Assembly (NCBI GenBank): GCA_009914755.4
Contig: CP068257.2
Span: forward strand, 10,048,001 to 10,112,000
Reading direction: 5' to 3'
Length of the DNA stretch: 64,000 nt
Origin: the human T2T-CHM13v2.0 reference genome, Homo sapiens
Shown piece by piece: positions 1-11,300 of the stretch (position 1 is the stretch's first letter; every line of letters starts with the position of its first letter). The notes beneath the pieces are model-generated. The model was not told the origin of the DNA, did no database searches, and saw nothing but the letters and a program-made list of their open reading frames with translations. Made by a program: the position numbers and the translations under genes.

Positions 1-582
1 GTAGTGGAGTGTGGTGGAATGAGTGGAGCAGAATGGAATGGAGTGGAATTGAGTGGAATGGAATGGAGTGGAATGGAATGGAATGGAATGGAGTGGAATG
101 GAATGGAATGCATTGGAGTTGAATGGAATGGAATGGAATGGAATGGAGGGGAATATAATGGAATGTAGTGCAATGAAATGTACTGGAGTGGAGTGCAGTG
201 GAGTGGAGTGGAATATAGTGAAATGGAGTGGAGTGGAACGGAGTGGAGTGGAATGGAATGGAATGAAATGGAACGGAACAGAACGGAAGAGAATGGAATG
301 GAAGGGGACAGAGTGGAGCGGAATGGAGTTGAGTGGAGGGGATCGGAGTGCAGTAGAATGGAATTGAATGGAATGGAATGGAGTGGAGTGGAGTGGAATG
401 GAATGGAGTGGAGTGGAATTGAATGGAAAGGAAAGAAATGGAATGGAATGGAACGGAATAGAATGGAACGGAACAGAACAGAGTGGAGTGGAGTGGAGTT
501 TAGTGGAGTGGATCGGAGTGCAGGGGAATGGAATGGAATGGAATGGAATGGAATGGAATGGAATGAAATGGAATGGAATGCA

Positions 583-652
583 ACTATGAAATAAAATGTG
601 AGCTAAGATTGTGCCACTGCACTCCAGTGTGGGTGACAGAGTTAGATCCAGT
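583..652 (+). mobile_element. Alu 3'-end fragment (~65-70 bp) embedded in HSat3
   Basis: gtgagctaagattgtgccactgcactccagtgtgggtgacagagttagatccagtcgaaacaaa matches the Alu right-arm terminus (GAGCCGAGATCGCGCCACTGCACTCCAGCCTGGGCGACAGAGCGAGACTCCGTCTCAAAA) in + orientation. Confidence 0.65.
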
Positions 653-890
653 CGAAACAAAGGAATGGAATGGAATGGAGTAGAATGGAATGGAATGGAG
701 TTGAGTGGAATGGAATGGAATGGAATGGAGTGGAGTGGAGTGGAATGGAGGGGAGTGGAGTGTAGTGGAATGAGTGGAGCGGAATTGAGCGGAATGGAAT
801 GGAGTTAAATTGAGTGGAATGGAATGGAATGGAATGGAGTGGAATGGAATGGAATGGAGTGGAATGTAATGGAATGGAGTGCAATAAAAT

Positions 891-917
891 GTAGTGTAGT
901 GTAGTGTAGTGTAGTGT
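891..917 (+). repeat. (GTAGT)n micro-variant run inside the satellite
   Basis: gtagtgtagtgtagtgtagtgtagtg replaces ggaat units locally. Confidence 0.6.
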
Positions 918-2427
918 AGTGGAATGGAGTGGAATGGAATGCAGTGCAGTGGGATGGAATGGAACGGAATGGAAGACAATGAAGTGCAGTGGATTGTAAT
1001 GGAATGGAGTGGAATAGAATGGAGTGGAGTGGTGTGGAGTGGAATGGAGTGGAGTGGAATGGAGTGGAAAGGAATGGAGTGGAGTGGAAAGGAATGGAAT
1101 GGAATGGAATGAAATGGAAAGGAATGGAAGGGAATGAAATGGAATGGAACAGAATAGATTGGAGTGGAATCGAGTGGAGTGGAGTAGGGTGGAGCGGATC
1201 GGAATGCAGTGGAATGAAATGGAATGGAATGGAATGGAATGGAATGAAATAGAATGGAATTTAGGGGAGTGGCGTGGGGTGGATTGAGTGGAGTTGAGTG
1301 CAGTAGTGTGGAATGGAGTGGAATGGAATGTAGTGGAGTGGAATGGAATGGAAAGGAACAGAAAGGAATGGAATGGAATGGAATGGAATGGAATGGAATG
1401 GAACAGAGTGGAGTCTAATGGAGTGAAATGGAGTGGAGTGGAGTGGAGCGGAATGAAATGGAGTGGAATGGAACAGAATGGAACTGACCAGAACGGAATG
1501 GAATCGAATGGAGTGGAGTGGAGTTGAGTGGAGTGGATCGGAGTGCAGTGGAATGAAATGGAATGGAATGGAATGGAATGTATTGGAGTGGATTCGAGTG
1601 GAGTGGAGTGTAGTTGAATGGAGTGGAATGAAATGCAGTGGAGTGGAATGGAATGGAATGGAGTGGAATGGAATAGAATAGAACGGAATGGAATGGAATG
1701 AAAAGGAATGGAGTGGAGTGGAGTTGACTGGAATGGATTGGATTGCCATGGAAAGGAAAGGAAAGGAATGGAATGGAATGGAATGGAATGGAATAGAATG
1801 GAATGGAAAGGAGTGTATTGGAATGGAGTGGAGTGGAGTTGACTGGAATGGATTGGATTGCCATGGAAAGGAAAGGAATGGAATGGAATGGAATGGAATG
1901 GAATGGAATGGAATGGAATGGAATGGAAAGGAGTGTAGTGGAATGGAGTGGAGTGGAGTGCAGTGGATTGGAGTGGAATGGAGTGGAGTGGAGTGCAGTG
2001 GAGTGGAAAGGAGTGGAGTGGTGTGGAATGGAATGGAGTGGAATGGAACGGAACCAAACTGAACAGAGTGGAAAGGAATGGAACGGAGTGGAGTTGAGTG
2101 GAGTAGAGTTGAGTGGAATGGATGGGAATGCTTTGGAATGGAATGGAAAATAATTTAATGAAATTTAGTTGAGTGGAGTGGATTTTATTGGAGTGGAGTG
2201 GAATGGAATGGATTAGAGTTTAGAGCAGTGGCGTGGAGTGGAGTGGAATGGAGTGGAATGGAGTGGAATGAAATGGAGTGGAGTGGAATGGAATGAAATG
2301 GATCAGAATGCTATGGAATGGAATGGAACGGAATGGAGTGGAGTGGAGTTGAGTGGAGTGGATGGGATAGCAGTGGAATGGAATGGAATGAAATGCAATT
2401 GAATGAAATGGAGTGGAATCATGCAAT

Positions 2428-2497
2428 GAAATGTGAGCTAAGATTGTGCCACTGCACTCTAGTCTGGGAGACAGAGTGAGATATAGTCGAAGTAAAA
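2428..2497 (+). mobile_element. Second copy of the same Alu 3'-end fragment embedded in HSat3
   Basis: aatgtgagctaagattgtgccactgcactctagtctgggagacagagtgagatatagtcgaagtaaaag. Same Alu segment, same orientation, ~1845 bp downstream of copy 1. Confidence 0.65.
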
Positions 2498-3592
2498 GAA
2501 TGGATTGAAATGCAGTAGAATATAATGGAATGGAGTGGAGTGGAATGGAATGAAGTGGAATAGAATGGAGTGGAGTGGAATGGAGGGGAGTGGATTGGAG
2601 TGGAGTGGAATGGAGTGGAATGGAATGAAATGGAGTGGAGTGGAGTGGAAGAAATAGAGTGGAATGAAGTGGAGTGGAATGGAGTGGAGGGGAGTGAGTG
2701 GAATGGGGTGCAGTGGAATGGAATGGAGTGGACTGGAGTGGAAGGGAGTGGAATGAATTGGAATGGAATGGATTGGAATGGAATGAATGGAGTGGAATGG
2801 AGTGGAGTGTATTGGAGTGGATTGTAGTGGAGGGAAGTGGAATGGAGTAGAATGGAGTGAAATGGAGTGGAGTGGAGTGGAGTGGAATGGAATGGAGTTT
2901 AATGGAATGGAAAGGAACGTACCAGAACAGAATGGAATGGAACGGAATGGAATGGAGTGGAATGGAGTGGAATTGTGTGGAGTGGATCGGAGTGCAGTGG
3001 AATGGAATGGAATGGAATGGAATGGAATGGAATGGAATGGAATGGAATGGAATGGAGTGGAGTGGGGTGGAGTGGATAGGAGTGGAATGGAATGGAGTGG
3101 TGTTGAGTAAACTGGAATAGAGTGGAATGGAATGGAGTGGATTGGAATGCAATGGAAAGGAACAGAATGGAATGAATGGAACAGAATGGTATAGAACGGA
3201 CGGAAAGGAGTGGAGTGGAATGGAGTTGAGTGGAGTGGATCGGATTGCTGTGGAATGGAAAGGAATGGAATGGAATGGAATGGAAAGGAATGTAGTGGAA
3301 TGGAGTGGAGTGGAGTGGAATGGAGAGGAGTGGAATGGAGTGTAGTGGAATGGAGTGGGGTGGAGTGGAGTGCAGTGGAGTGGAGTGCAGTGGAGTGGAA
3401 TGTAGTGGTTTGGAGTGTAATGGAATGGAGTGGAATGCAACGGAACAGAGGAGAATGCAACAGAATGGAATGGAATGGAGTGGAGTGGAGTAGAGTTGAG
3501 TGGAGTGGATCAGACTGCAGTGTAATGGAGTGGAATGGAATTTAAAGTAATCGAGTGGACTGGAGTGGAGTGGAGTTTAGTGGAGTGCGGTA

Positions 3593-4137
3593 GAATAGTT
3601 GTCTATTAGGTCCGCTTGGTGCAGAGCTGAGTTCAATTGCTGGGTATCCTTGTTGACTTTCTGTCTTGTTGATCTGTCTAATGTTGACAGTGGGATGTTA
3701 AAGTCTCCCATTATTAATGTGTGGGAGTCTAAGTCTCTTTGTAGGTCACTAAGCACTTGCTTTATGAATCTGGGTGCTCCTGTATTGAGTGCATATATAT
3801 TTAGGATAGTTAGCTCTTCTTGTTGAATTGATCCCTTTGCCATTATGTAATGGCCTTCTTTGTCTCTTTTGATCTTTGGTGGTTTAAAGTCTGTTTTATC
3901 AGAGACTAGGATTGCAACCCCTGCCTTTTTTTGTTTTCCATTTGCTTGGTAGATCTTCCTCCATTCTTTTATTTTGAGCCTATGTGTGTCTCTGCACGTG
4001 AGATGGGTTTCCTGAATAGAGCACACTGATGGGTCTTGACTCTTTATCCAATTTGCCAGTCTGTGTCTTTTAATTGGAGCATTTAGTCCATTTACATTTA
4101 AAGTTAATATTGTTATGTGTGAATTTGATCCTGTCAT
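3593..4137 (-). pseudogene. L1 ORF2 remnant (endonuclease domain, aa 1-~182 only)
   Basis: ATG at 4135-4137 on the minus strand; EN-domain residues conserved; reading frame ends where the element is truncated against HSat3. Confidence 0.85.
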
Positions 4138-4200
4138 GATGATGTTAGCTGGTGATTTTGCTCGTTAGTTGATGCAGTTTCTTCCTAGTCTCGATGGTCT

Positions 4201-5181
4201 TTACATTTTGGCATAATTTTGCAGCGGCTGGTACCGGTTGTTCCTTTCGATGTTTAGTGCTTTCTTCAGGAGCTCTTTTCGGGCAGGCCTGCTGGTGACA
4301 CAATCTCTCAACATTTGATTGTCTGTAAAGTATTTTATTTTTCCTTCACTTATGAAGCTTAGTTTGGCTGGGTATGAAATTCTGGGTTGAAAATTCTTGT
4401 CTTTAAGAATGTTGAATATTGGCCCCCACTCTCTTCTGGCTTGTAGGGTTTCTGCCGAGAGATCCACTGTTAGTCTGATGGGCTTCTCTTTGAGGGTAAC
4501 CGACCTTTCTCTCTGGCTGCCCTTAACATTTTTTCCTTCATTTCAGCTTTGGTGAATCTGACAATGATGTGTCTTGGAGTTGCTCTTCTCGAGGAGTATC
4601 TTTGTGGCGTTCTCTGTATTTCCTGAATCTGAACGTTGGACTGCCTGCAGAGTGTTTTCCAACTTGGTTCCATTCTCCCCATCACTTTCAGGTACACCAA
4701 TCATACGTAGATTTGGTCTTTTCACATAGTCCCATATTTCTTGGAGGCTTTGCTCATTTCTTTTTATTCTTTTTTCTCTAAACTTCCCTTCTAACTTCAT
4801 TTCATTCATTTCATCTTCCATCGCTGATACTCTTTCTTCCAGTTGATCGCATCGGCTCCTGAGGCTTCTGCATTCTTCACGTAGTTCTCGAGCCTTGGTT
4901 TTCAGCTCCATCAGCTCCTTTAAGCACTTCACTGTATTGGTTATTCTAGTTCTACATTTTTCTAAATTTTTTTCAAAGTTTTCAACTTGTTTGCCTTTGG
5001 TTTGAATGTCCTTCCGTAGCTCAGAATAATTTCATCATCTGAAGCCTTCTTCTCTCAGCTCATCAAAGTCATTCTCCATCCAGCTTTGTTCCGTTGCTGG
5101 TGAGGAACTGCGTTCCTTTGGAGGAGGAGAGGCACTCTGCTTTTTAGAGTTTCCAGTTTTTCTGCTCTGTTTTTTCCCCAT
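4201..5181 (-). pseudogene. L1 ORF1 remnant (disrupted by stops/frameshifts)
   Basis: ATGGGGAAAAAACAGA on the minus strand at 5179; terminal ...LQNYAKM with stop at 4201-4203; the frame is broken into three track ORFs (4201-4467, 4470-4700, 4543-4932). Confidence 0.85.
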
Positions 5182-5307
5182 CTTTGTGGTTTTATCTACT
5201 TTTGGTCTTTGATGATGGTGATGTACAGATGGGTTTTTGTTGTGGATGTCCTTTCTGTTTGTTAGTTTTCCTTCTAACAGACAGGACCCTCAGCTGCAGG
5301 TCTGTTC

Positions 5308-8300
5308 CAGTTTTGAACATTCTTTTTGTAGAATCTGCAAGTGGACATTTGGAGTGCATTGCAACCTATGGTAGCAAAGGAAATATCTTCACATAAAATC
5401 TAGAAAGAAGCAACCTGAGAAACTTCTTTGTGATGTGTGCATTCATATCACAGAGTTAAACATTTCTTTTGATGGAGAAGTTTTGAAACTATCTTTTTGT
5501 AGATCTAGCAATTGGACATTTGGAGCACTTTGAGGCCTATGGTGGAAAAGGAAATACCTTCACATAAAAACTAGAGAGAAGAGTTCTGAGAAACTTCCTT
5601 GTGATTCATACGTTCATCTCACAGATTTGAACCTTTCTTTTGATGGAGCAGTTTTGAAACTCTCTTTTTGTAGAATGTGCAAGTGGACGTTTGGAGCGCT
5701 TTGAAGCCTATGGTGTAAAAGGAAATATCTTCACATAAAAACCAGATAGAAGCTTTCTGAGAAACTTCTTTGTGATATGTGCATTCGTGTCCCTGACTTG
5801 AGCATTTCTTTTGAAGGACCAGTTTTCAAATACTGTTTTTGTAGAATCTGCAAGTGGACAATTCGAGTGTCTTGAGGCCTATGGTGGAAAAGAAAATATC
5901 TTCACATAAAAACTGGACAGAAGAATTCTGAGAAACCTCTTTGTGATGTGTACATTCGTATCTCAAAGTTTAATCTTTCTTCTGAAGGACCAGTTTTGAA
6001 ATCCTCTTTTTGAAGAATCCGCTAGCAGACATATTGTACGCCTTGAGGCGTATGCTGGAAAAGGAAATATCTTCACATAAAATCTAGACAGAAGCAATCT
6101 GAGAAACTTCCTTGTAATGTGTTCATTTATCTCACAGAGTTAAACCTTTCTTTTGATTGAGCAGTCTTGAAACTCTCTTTTTGTAGAATCTGTAAGTGGA
6201 CATTTTGTGTGTTTTGAAGCCTATGGTGGAAAAGGAAATATCTTCACATAAAAATCAGATAGAAACATTCTGAGAAACATCTTTGTGATGTGTACATTCA
6301 TCTCACAGAGTTAAACCTTTCTTTTGATAGAGCAGTTTTGAAACTCTCTTTTGTGGAAACTGCAAGTGGACATTTCGAGCACCTTGAGTCCTATGGTGGA
6401 AAATGTAATATCTTCACACAAATATTAGATAGAATAATTCTGAGAAACTTCTTTGTGATGTGTGCATTCACCTCAAAGAGTTGAACCATTCTTTTGATTG
6501 AGGAGTTTGGAAACACTCTTTTTGTAGTATCTGCAGGTGGACATTTGGAAAGCTTTTTGGCCTATGATAGAGAAGGAAATATCTTCACATAAAATCTAGA
6601 CAGAAGAAATCTGAGAAACTTCCTCGTGATGTGTGCATTCATCTCATAGAGTTAAAACTTTCTTTTGATTGAGAAGTTTTGAAACTCTCTTTTTTAAGTC
6701 TGCAAGTGGACATTTGGAGCAGTTTGAGGCCTGTGGTGGAAAAGGAAATATCTTCACATAAAAACTAAACAGAAGAATTCTGAGATAGTTTTTGTGATGT
6801 GTGTGTTCACCTCACAGAGTTGAACCATTCTTTTGGATGAGCAGTTTGGAAACACTCTTGTAGAATCTGCAAGTGGATATTTGGAGTGCTTTGCGGCCTA
6901 TGGTAGAAAAGGAAATATCTTCACATAAAATCTAGACAGAAGAAATCTGAGAAACCTCTTCATGATGTGTGCATTCATACCCAGAGTTTAAGCTTTCTTT
7001 TGATGGGTCAGTTTTGGAATACTCTTTTTGTTGGATCTGCAAGTGGACATTTTGAACACCTTGAGGCCTATGGTGGAAAATGAAATATCTTCACGTAAAA
7101 ACTAAACAGAAGAATTCTGAGAAACTTCTTTGTGATGCGTGCATTCACCTCACAGAGTTGAACATTTCTTTTGATTGAGCAGTTTGGAAACACTCTTTTT
7201 GTAGAATCTGCAAGTGGACATTCAGAGGGCTTTGTGGCCTATGGTAGAAAAGGAAATATCTTCACATAAAATCTCGACAGAAGCAACCTGAGAAACTTAT
7301 TTGTGATGTGTGCATTCATCACACAGAGTTAAAACCTTTTTTTAATTGAGCAGTTTTGAAACTCTCTTTTTGTAGAATCTGGACGTAGACAAGTGCAGCA
7401 TTTTCAGGCCTATGGTGGAAAAGGAAATATCTTCACATAAAAACTAGACAGAAGAAATCTGAGAAACTTCCTTGTGATGTGTCTGTTCATCTCACAGAGT
7501 TGAAACTTTCTTTTCATTGAGCAGTTTGGAAACATGCTTTTTGTAGAATCTGCAAGTGGACATTCAGAGGGCTTTGTGGCCTATGGTAGAAAAGGAAATA
7601 TCTTCACATAAAATCTAGACAGAAGCAATCTGAGAAAATTCTTTCTGATGTGTGCATTCATCTCACAGAGTTAAACCTTTCTTTTGATTGAGCAGTTTTG
7701 AAACTCTTTTTGTGGAATCTGCAAGTGGACATTTGGAGTGCTTTTCGGCCTATGATAAAAAAAGAAATATCTTCACATAAAATCTAGACAGAAGCCATCT
7801 GAGAAACTTCTTTGTGATGTCTGCATTCATCTCATAGAGTTAAAATTTTCTTTGAATGAGCACTTTTGAAACTCTCTTTTGTAGAATCTGCAAGTGGACA
7901 TTTGGAGTGCTTTGAGACCTATGATAGGAAAGGATATATCTTCACATAAAATCTAGACAGAAGCAATTTGAGAAACTTCACCATGATGTATGTATTCAAG
8001 TCACAGAGTTAAACCTTTCTTTTTAATTGAGCAGTTTTTTTTTTGTTTGTTTGTTTGTTTTTTTAGAATCTGTTAGTGGACGTTTAAGGCGCTTTGAGGC
8101 CTATGAAGGAAATGGAAATATCTTCACCTAAAAACTAAACAGATTTCTGAGAAACTTCTTTTTGATGTGTACGTTCATCTCACAGAGTTGAACCTTTCTT
8201 TTATTGAGCAGTTTGGAAACACTCTTTTCGCAGAATCTGCAAGAGTATATTTGGAGAGTTTTGAGGCCTATGGAGGAAAAGAAATATCTTCAGATAAAAA

Positions 8301-11300
8301 CTAATTAGAAGCATTCTGAGAAACTCCTTTGTGATGAGTGCATTCATGTCCCAGAGTTCAACATTTCTTTTGATGGGCCAGTATTGAAATAATCTTTTTG
8401 TGGAATCTGCAAGTGGACATTTGGAACGCCTTGAGGCCTATGGTGGAAAATGAAATATCTTCACGTAATAACTAGACAGAATAATTCCAGGAAACTTCAA
8501 TTGTGATGTGTGCATTCATCTCACAGAGCTGAACCTTTCTTTTGATTGAGAAGTTTGGAAACACTCTTTTGGCGAATCTGCAAGTGGAAAATTTGTATGC
8601 TTTGCAGTCAATGGTAGAAAAAGAATAATCTTCAATTAAAATCTACACGGAAGCAATCTGAGAAACTTCTTTGTGATATGTGCATTCATCTCACAGAGTT
8701 AAACCTTTATTTTGACTGAGCAGTTTTGAACTCTCTTTTTATATAATCTGCAAGTGGACGTTTGAACAGATATGAGGCCTACGGTGGAAAAGGAAATATC
8801 TTCACATAAAAACTAGAAAGAAGAATTCTGAGAACCTTCTTTGTGATGCATGCGTTCATCTCACAGATTTGAACCTTTGTTTGGATTGAGTAGTTTGGAA
8901 ACACTCTTTTTGTAAAATCTGCAAGTGGACATTTGGAGCACTTTGCGGCCTAAGGTAGAAAACAAATATCTTCACATAAAATTTAGACAGAAGCAATCTG
9001 AGAAACTTCTTTGTGATGAGTGCATTCATCTCACAGAGTTAAACCTTTCTTTGGATTGAGCAGTTTTGAAATTCTCTTTTTGTAGAATCTGCAAGTGAAC
9101 ATTTGGTGGGCTTTGAGGCCTTTGGTGGAAAAGAAAATATCTTTATATTAAATTTAGACAGAAGAATTCTGAGAAACTGTTTTGTGATGTGTGCGTTCAT
9201 CTCACAGAGTTGAATCTTTCTTTTGATTGAGCAGTTTGGAAACAATCATTTGTAGGATCTGCAAATGGCCATTTGGAGTGCTTTGTGGCCTGTGGTAGAA
9301 AAGGAAATATCTTCACATAAAATCTAGAAGGAAGCAATCTGAGAAACTTCTTTCTGATGTGTGCATTCATGTCACAGAGTTAAAACTTTCTTTATATTGA
9401 GCAGTTTTGAACCTCTCTTTTTGTAGAATCTGCAAGTGGATGTTTAGAGCGATTTGATACCTATGGTGGAAAAGAAAATATCTTCACAAAAAAACTAGAC
9501 AGAAGAATTCTGAAAAACTACTGGTGATGTTTGCGTTCATCTCACAGAGTTCAAAGTTTCTTTTGATGGAGCATTTTGGAAACACTCATTTTCTAGAATC
9601 TTCAGGTGGACATTAGGAGGGCTTTGAGGCCTATGGTGAAAAAGGAAATATCTTCACATGAAAACTAGAGAGAAGAATTCTGTGAAAGTTCTTTTGTTGT
9701 GGGCGTTCATCTCACCCAGATGAACCTTCTTTTGATTGAGCAGTTTGGAGACTCTCCTTCTTTAGAATCTGTAAGTGGATATTTGGAGACCTTTGTGGCC
9801 TATGGCAGAAAAGGAAATATCTTCATATAAATCTCTGCCGCAGCAACCTGAGAAACTTCTTTGTGATGTGTGCATTCATCTGACAGAGTTGAACCTTTCT
9901 TTTGATTGAGCAGTTTTGCAACTCTCTTTTTGTAGAATCTGCAAGTGGACATTTTGAGGGCTTTGAGGACTAAGGTGGAAAAGGAAATATCTTCACATAA
10001 AAACTAGACAGAAGAACTATGAAAAACTTCTTTGTGATATGTGCGTTCATCTCACAGAGTTGAAACTTTCTTTTGATTCAGCAGTTTGGAAACACTCTTT
10101 TCGTAGAATCTGCCAGTGGACATTTGGAGTGCTTGGCGGCCTATAGTAGAAAGGGAAATATCTTCATCTTAAGTCTAGACAGAAGCAATCTGAGAAACTT
10201 CTTTGTGAAGTGTGCATTCATCTCCAAGAGCTGAACCTTCCTTTTGATGTATCAGTTTTGAAATACTCTTTTTGTAGAATCTGCAAGTGGACATTTGGAA
10301 CGCCTTGGGGCCAATGGTAGAAAAGGGTATATCTTCATTTAAAATCTAGACAGAAGCAATCTGAGAAACTTCTTTGTGATGTAGGCATTCATCTGACAGA
10401 GTTAAACCTTTCTTTTGATTGAGCAGTTTGGAAACTCTCTTTTTGTAGAACCTGCAAATGGACATTTGGAGAACTTTGAGTCCTATGATGGAAAAAGAAA
10501 TATTCTCACATAAAAACTAGACAGAATAATTCTGAGAAACTTCTTTTTGATGCGTGTGTTCATCTCAAAGAGTTGAGCCTTTCTTTTGATTGAGGAGTTT
10601 GGAAACACTTTATCTTGTAGAATCTGCAAGTGGACATTTGGAGCGTTTTGCAGCCTATGGTAGAAAAGGAAATATCTACACATAAAATCTAGACAGAAGC
10701 TATCTGAAAATCTTCTTTGTGATGCGTGCATTCATATTCCAGAGTAAAGCCTTTCTTTTGATTCAGCAGTTTTGAAACTCTCTTTTTGTGTAATCTGGAA
10801 GTGGACATTTGGAGGGCTTTGAGGCCGATGGTGGAAAAGGAAATATCTTCAAAAATAAACTAGACATAAGCATTCTGAATAACTTCTTCATGATGTGTGC
10901 ATTCATCTCCCAGAGTTGAAGCTTTCTTTTAATGGACCAGTTTTGAAATACTCTTTTTGTAGAATCTGCAAGTGGACATTTCGAGCACCCTGAGGCCTAT
11001 AGAGGGAAAAGAAATACTTTCAGATAAAAATGAGACAGAAGAATTCTGAGAAACTTCTTTGTGATTTGTGCGTTCATATCACACAGGTGAAACTTTCTTT
11101 TGATTGAGCAGTTTGGAAACACTCTTTTTGTAGAATCTGCCAATGGACATTTGGTGTGCTTTGAGGCTTATGGTAGAAAAGGAAATCTCTTCACAGAAAA
11201 TCCAGACAGAAGCAATCTGAGAAACTTCTTTGTGATGTGTGCATTCATCTCACAGAGTGAAACCTTACTTTTGATGGAGTAGTTTTGAAATTCTCTTTTT

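Larger units (their letters stand above)
1..3592 (+). repeat. HSat3-like (GGAAT)n pentameric satellite; GGAAT/GGAGT-rich strand is +
   Basis: Uninterrupted degenerate ggaat/ggagt pentamer tandem array (ggaatggaatggagtgg...). Recurring variant motif 'gatcggagtgcagtgg' near 341, 511, 1196, 1535, 2986, 3239, 3509. The HSat2-style 'cgaatgg' units are rare, and I did not see the canonical HSat3 CAACCCGAGT motif, so the subfamily is uncertain. Confidence 0.9.
3593..5307 (-). mobile_element. L1 (L1PA-like) fragment truncated at both ends: ~125 bp of 5'UTR + ORF1 + first ~545 nt of ORF2; no 3'UTR or polyA
   Basis: Minus-strand translation 3577-4137 is the L1 ORF2 endonuclease N-terminus (MTGSNSHITILTLNVNGLN...IQETHLTCRDTHRLKIKEWRKIYQANGKQKKAGVAILVSDKTDF...). 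ORF1 remnants lie at 4201-5181 (LKELMELKTKARELREECRSLRSRCDQLEERVSAMEDEMNEMK; KRPNLRMIGVPESD). The 63-bp inter-ORF spacer is present. The L1 5'UTR tail ('ggaccctcagctgcaggtctgtt') ends at ~5306 and runs directly into alpha satellite. Confidence 0.9.

Noticed and set aside
642-3460. Long minus-strand ORFs across HSat3 (642-2057, 471 aa; 2220-3440, 406 aa; 2459-3460, 333 aa) with FHSIPFHS/LHSTP repeats, and plus-strand MEWNGVEW... ORFs
   Set aside because: They are in-frame readings of the (GGAAT)n pentamer, which is stop-free in several frames. They have low-complexity periodic peptides and no start or regulatory context. Not genes.
1-3592. Telomeric, subtelomeric or HSat2 identity for the pentamer block
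   Set aside because: The unit is GGAAT/GGAGT, not TTAGGG. The HSat2-type 'atcgaatgg'/CATTCGATTC units are rare. HSat3-like is the better call, but the subfamily remains unresolved because the canonical CAACCCGAGT motif was not seen.
3593-5307. Reading the 3.6-5.3 kb L1 as an ordinary insertion with a TSD
   Set aside because: It has no 3'UTR or polyA, its two flanks are different satellite families, and no duplicated target could be identified. A rearrangement junction is the simpler explanation.
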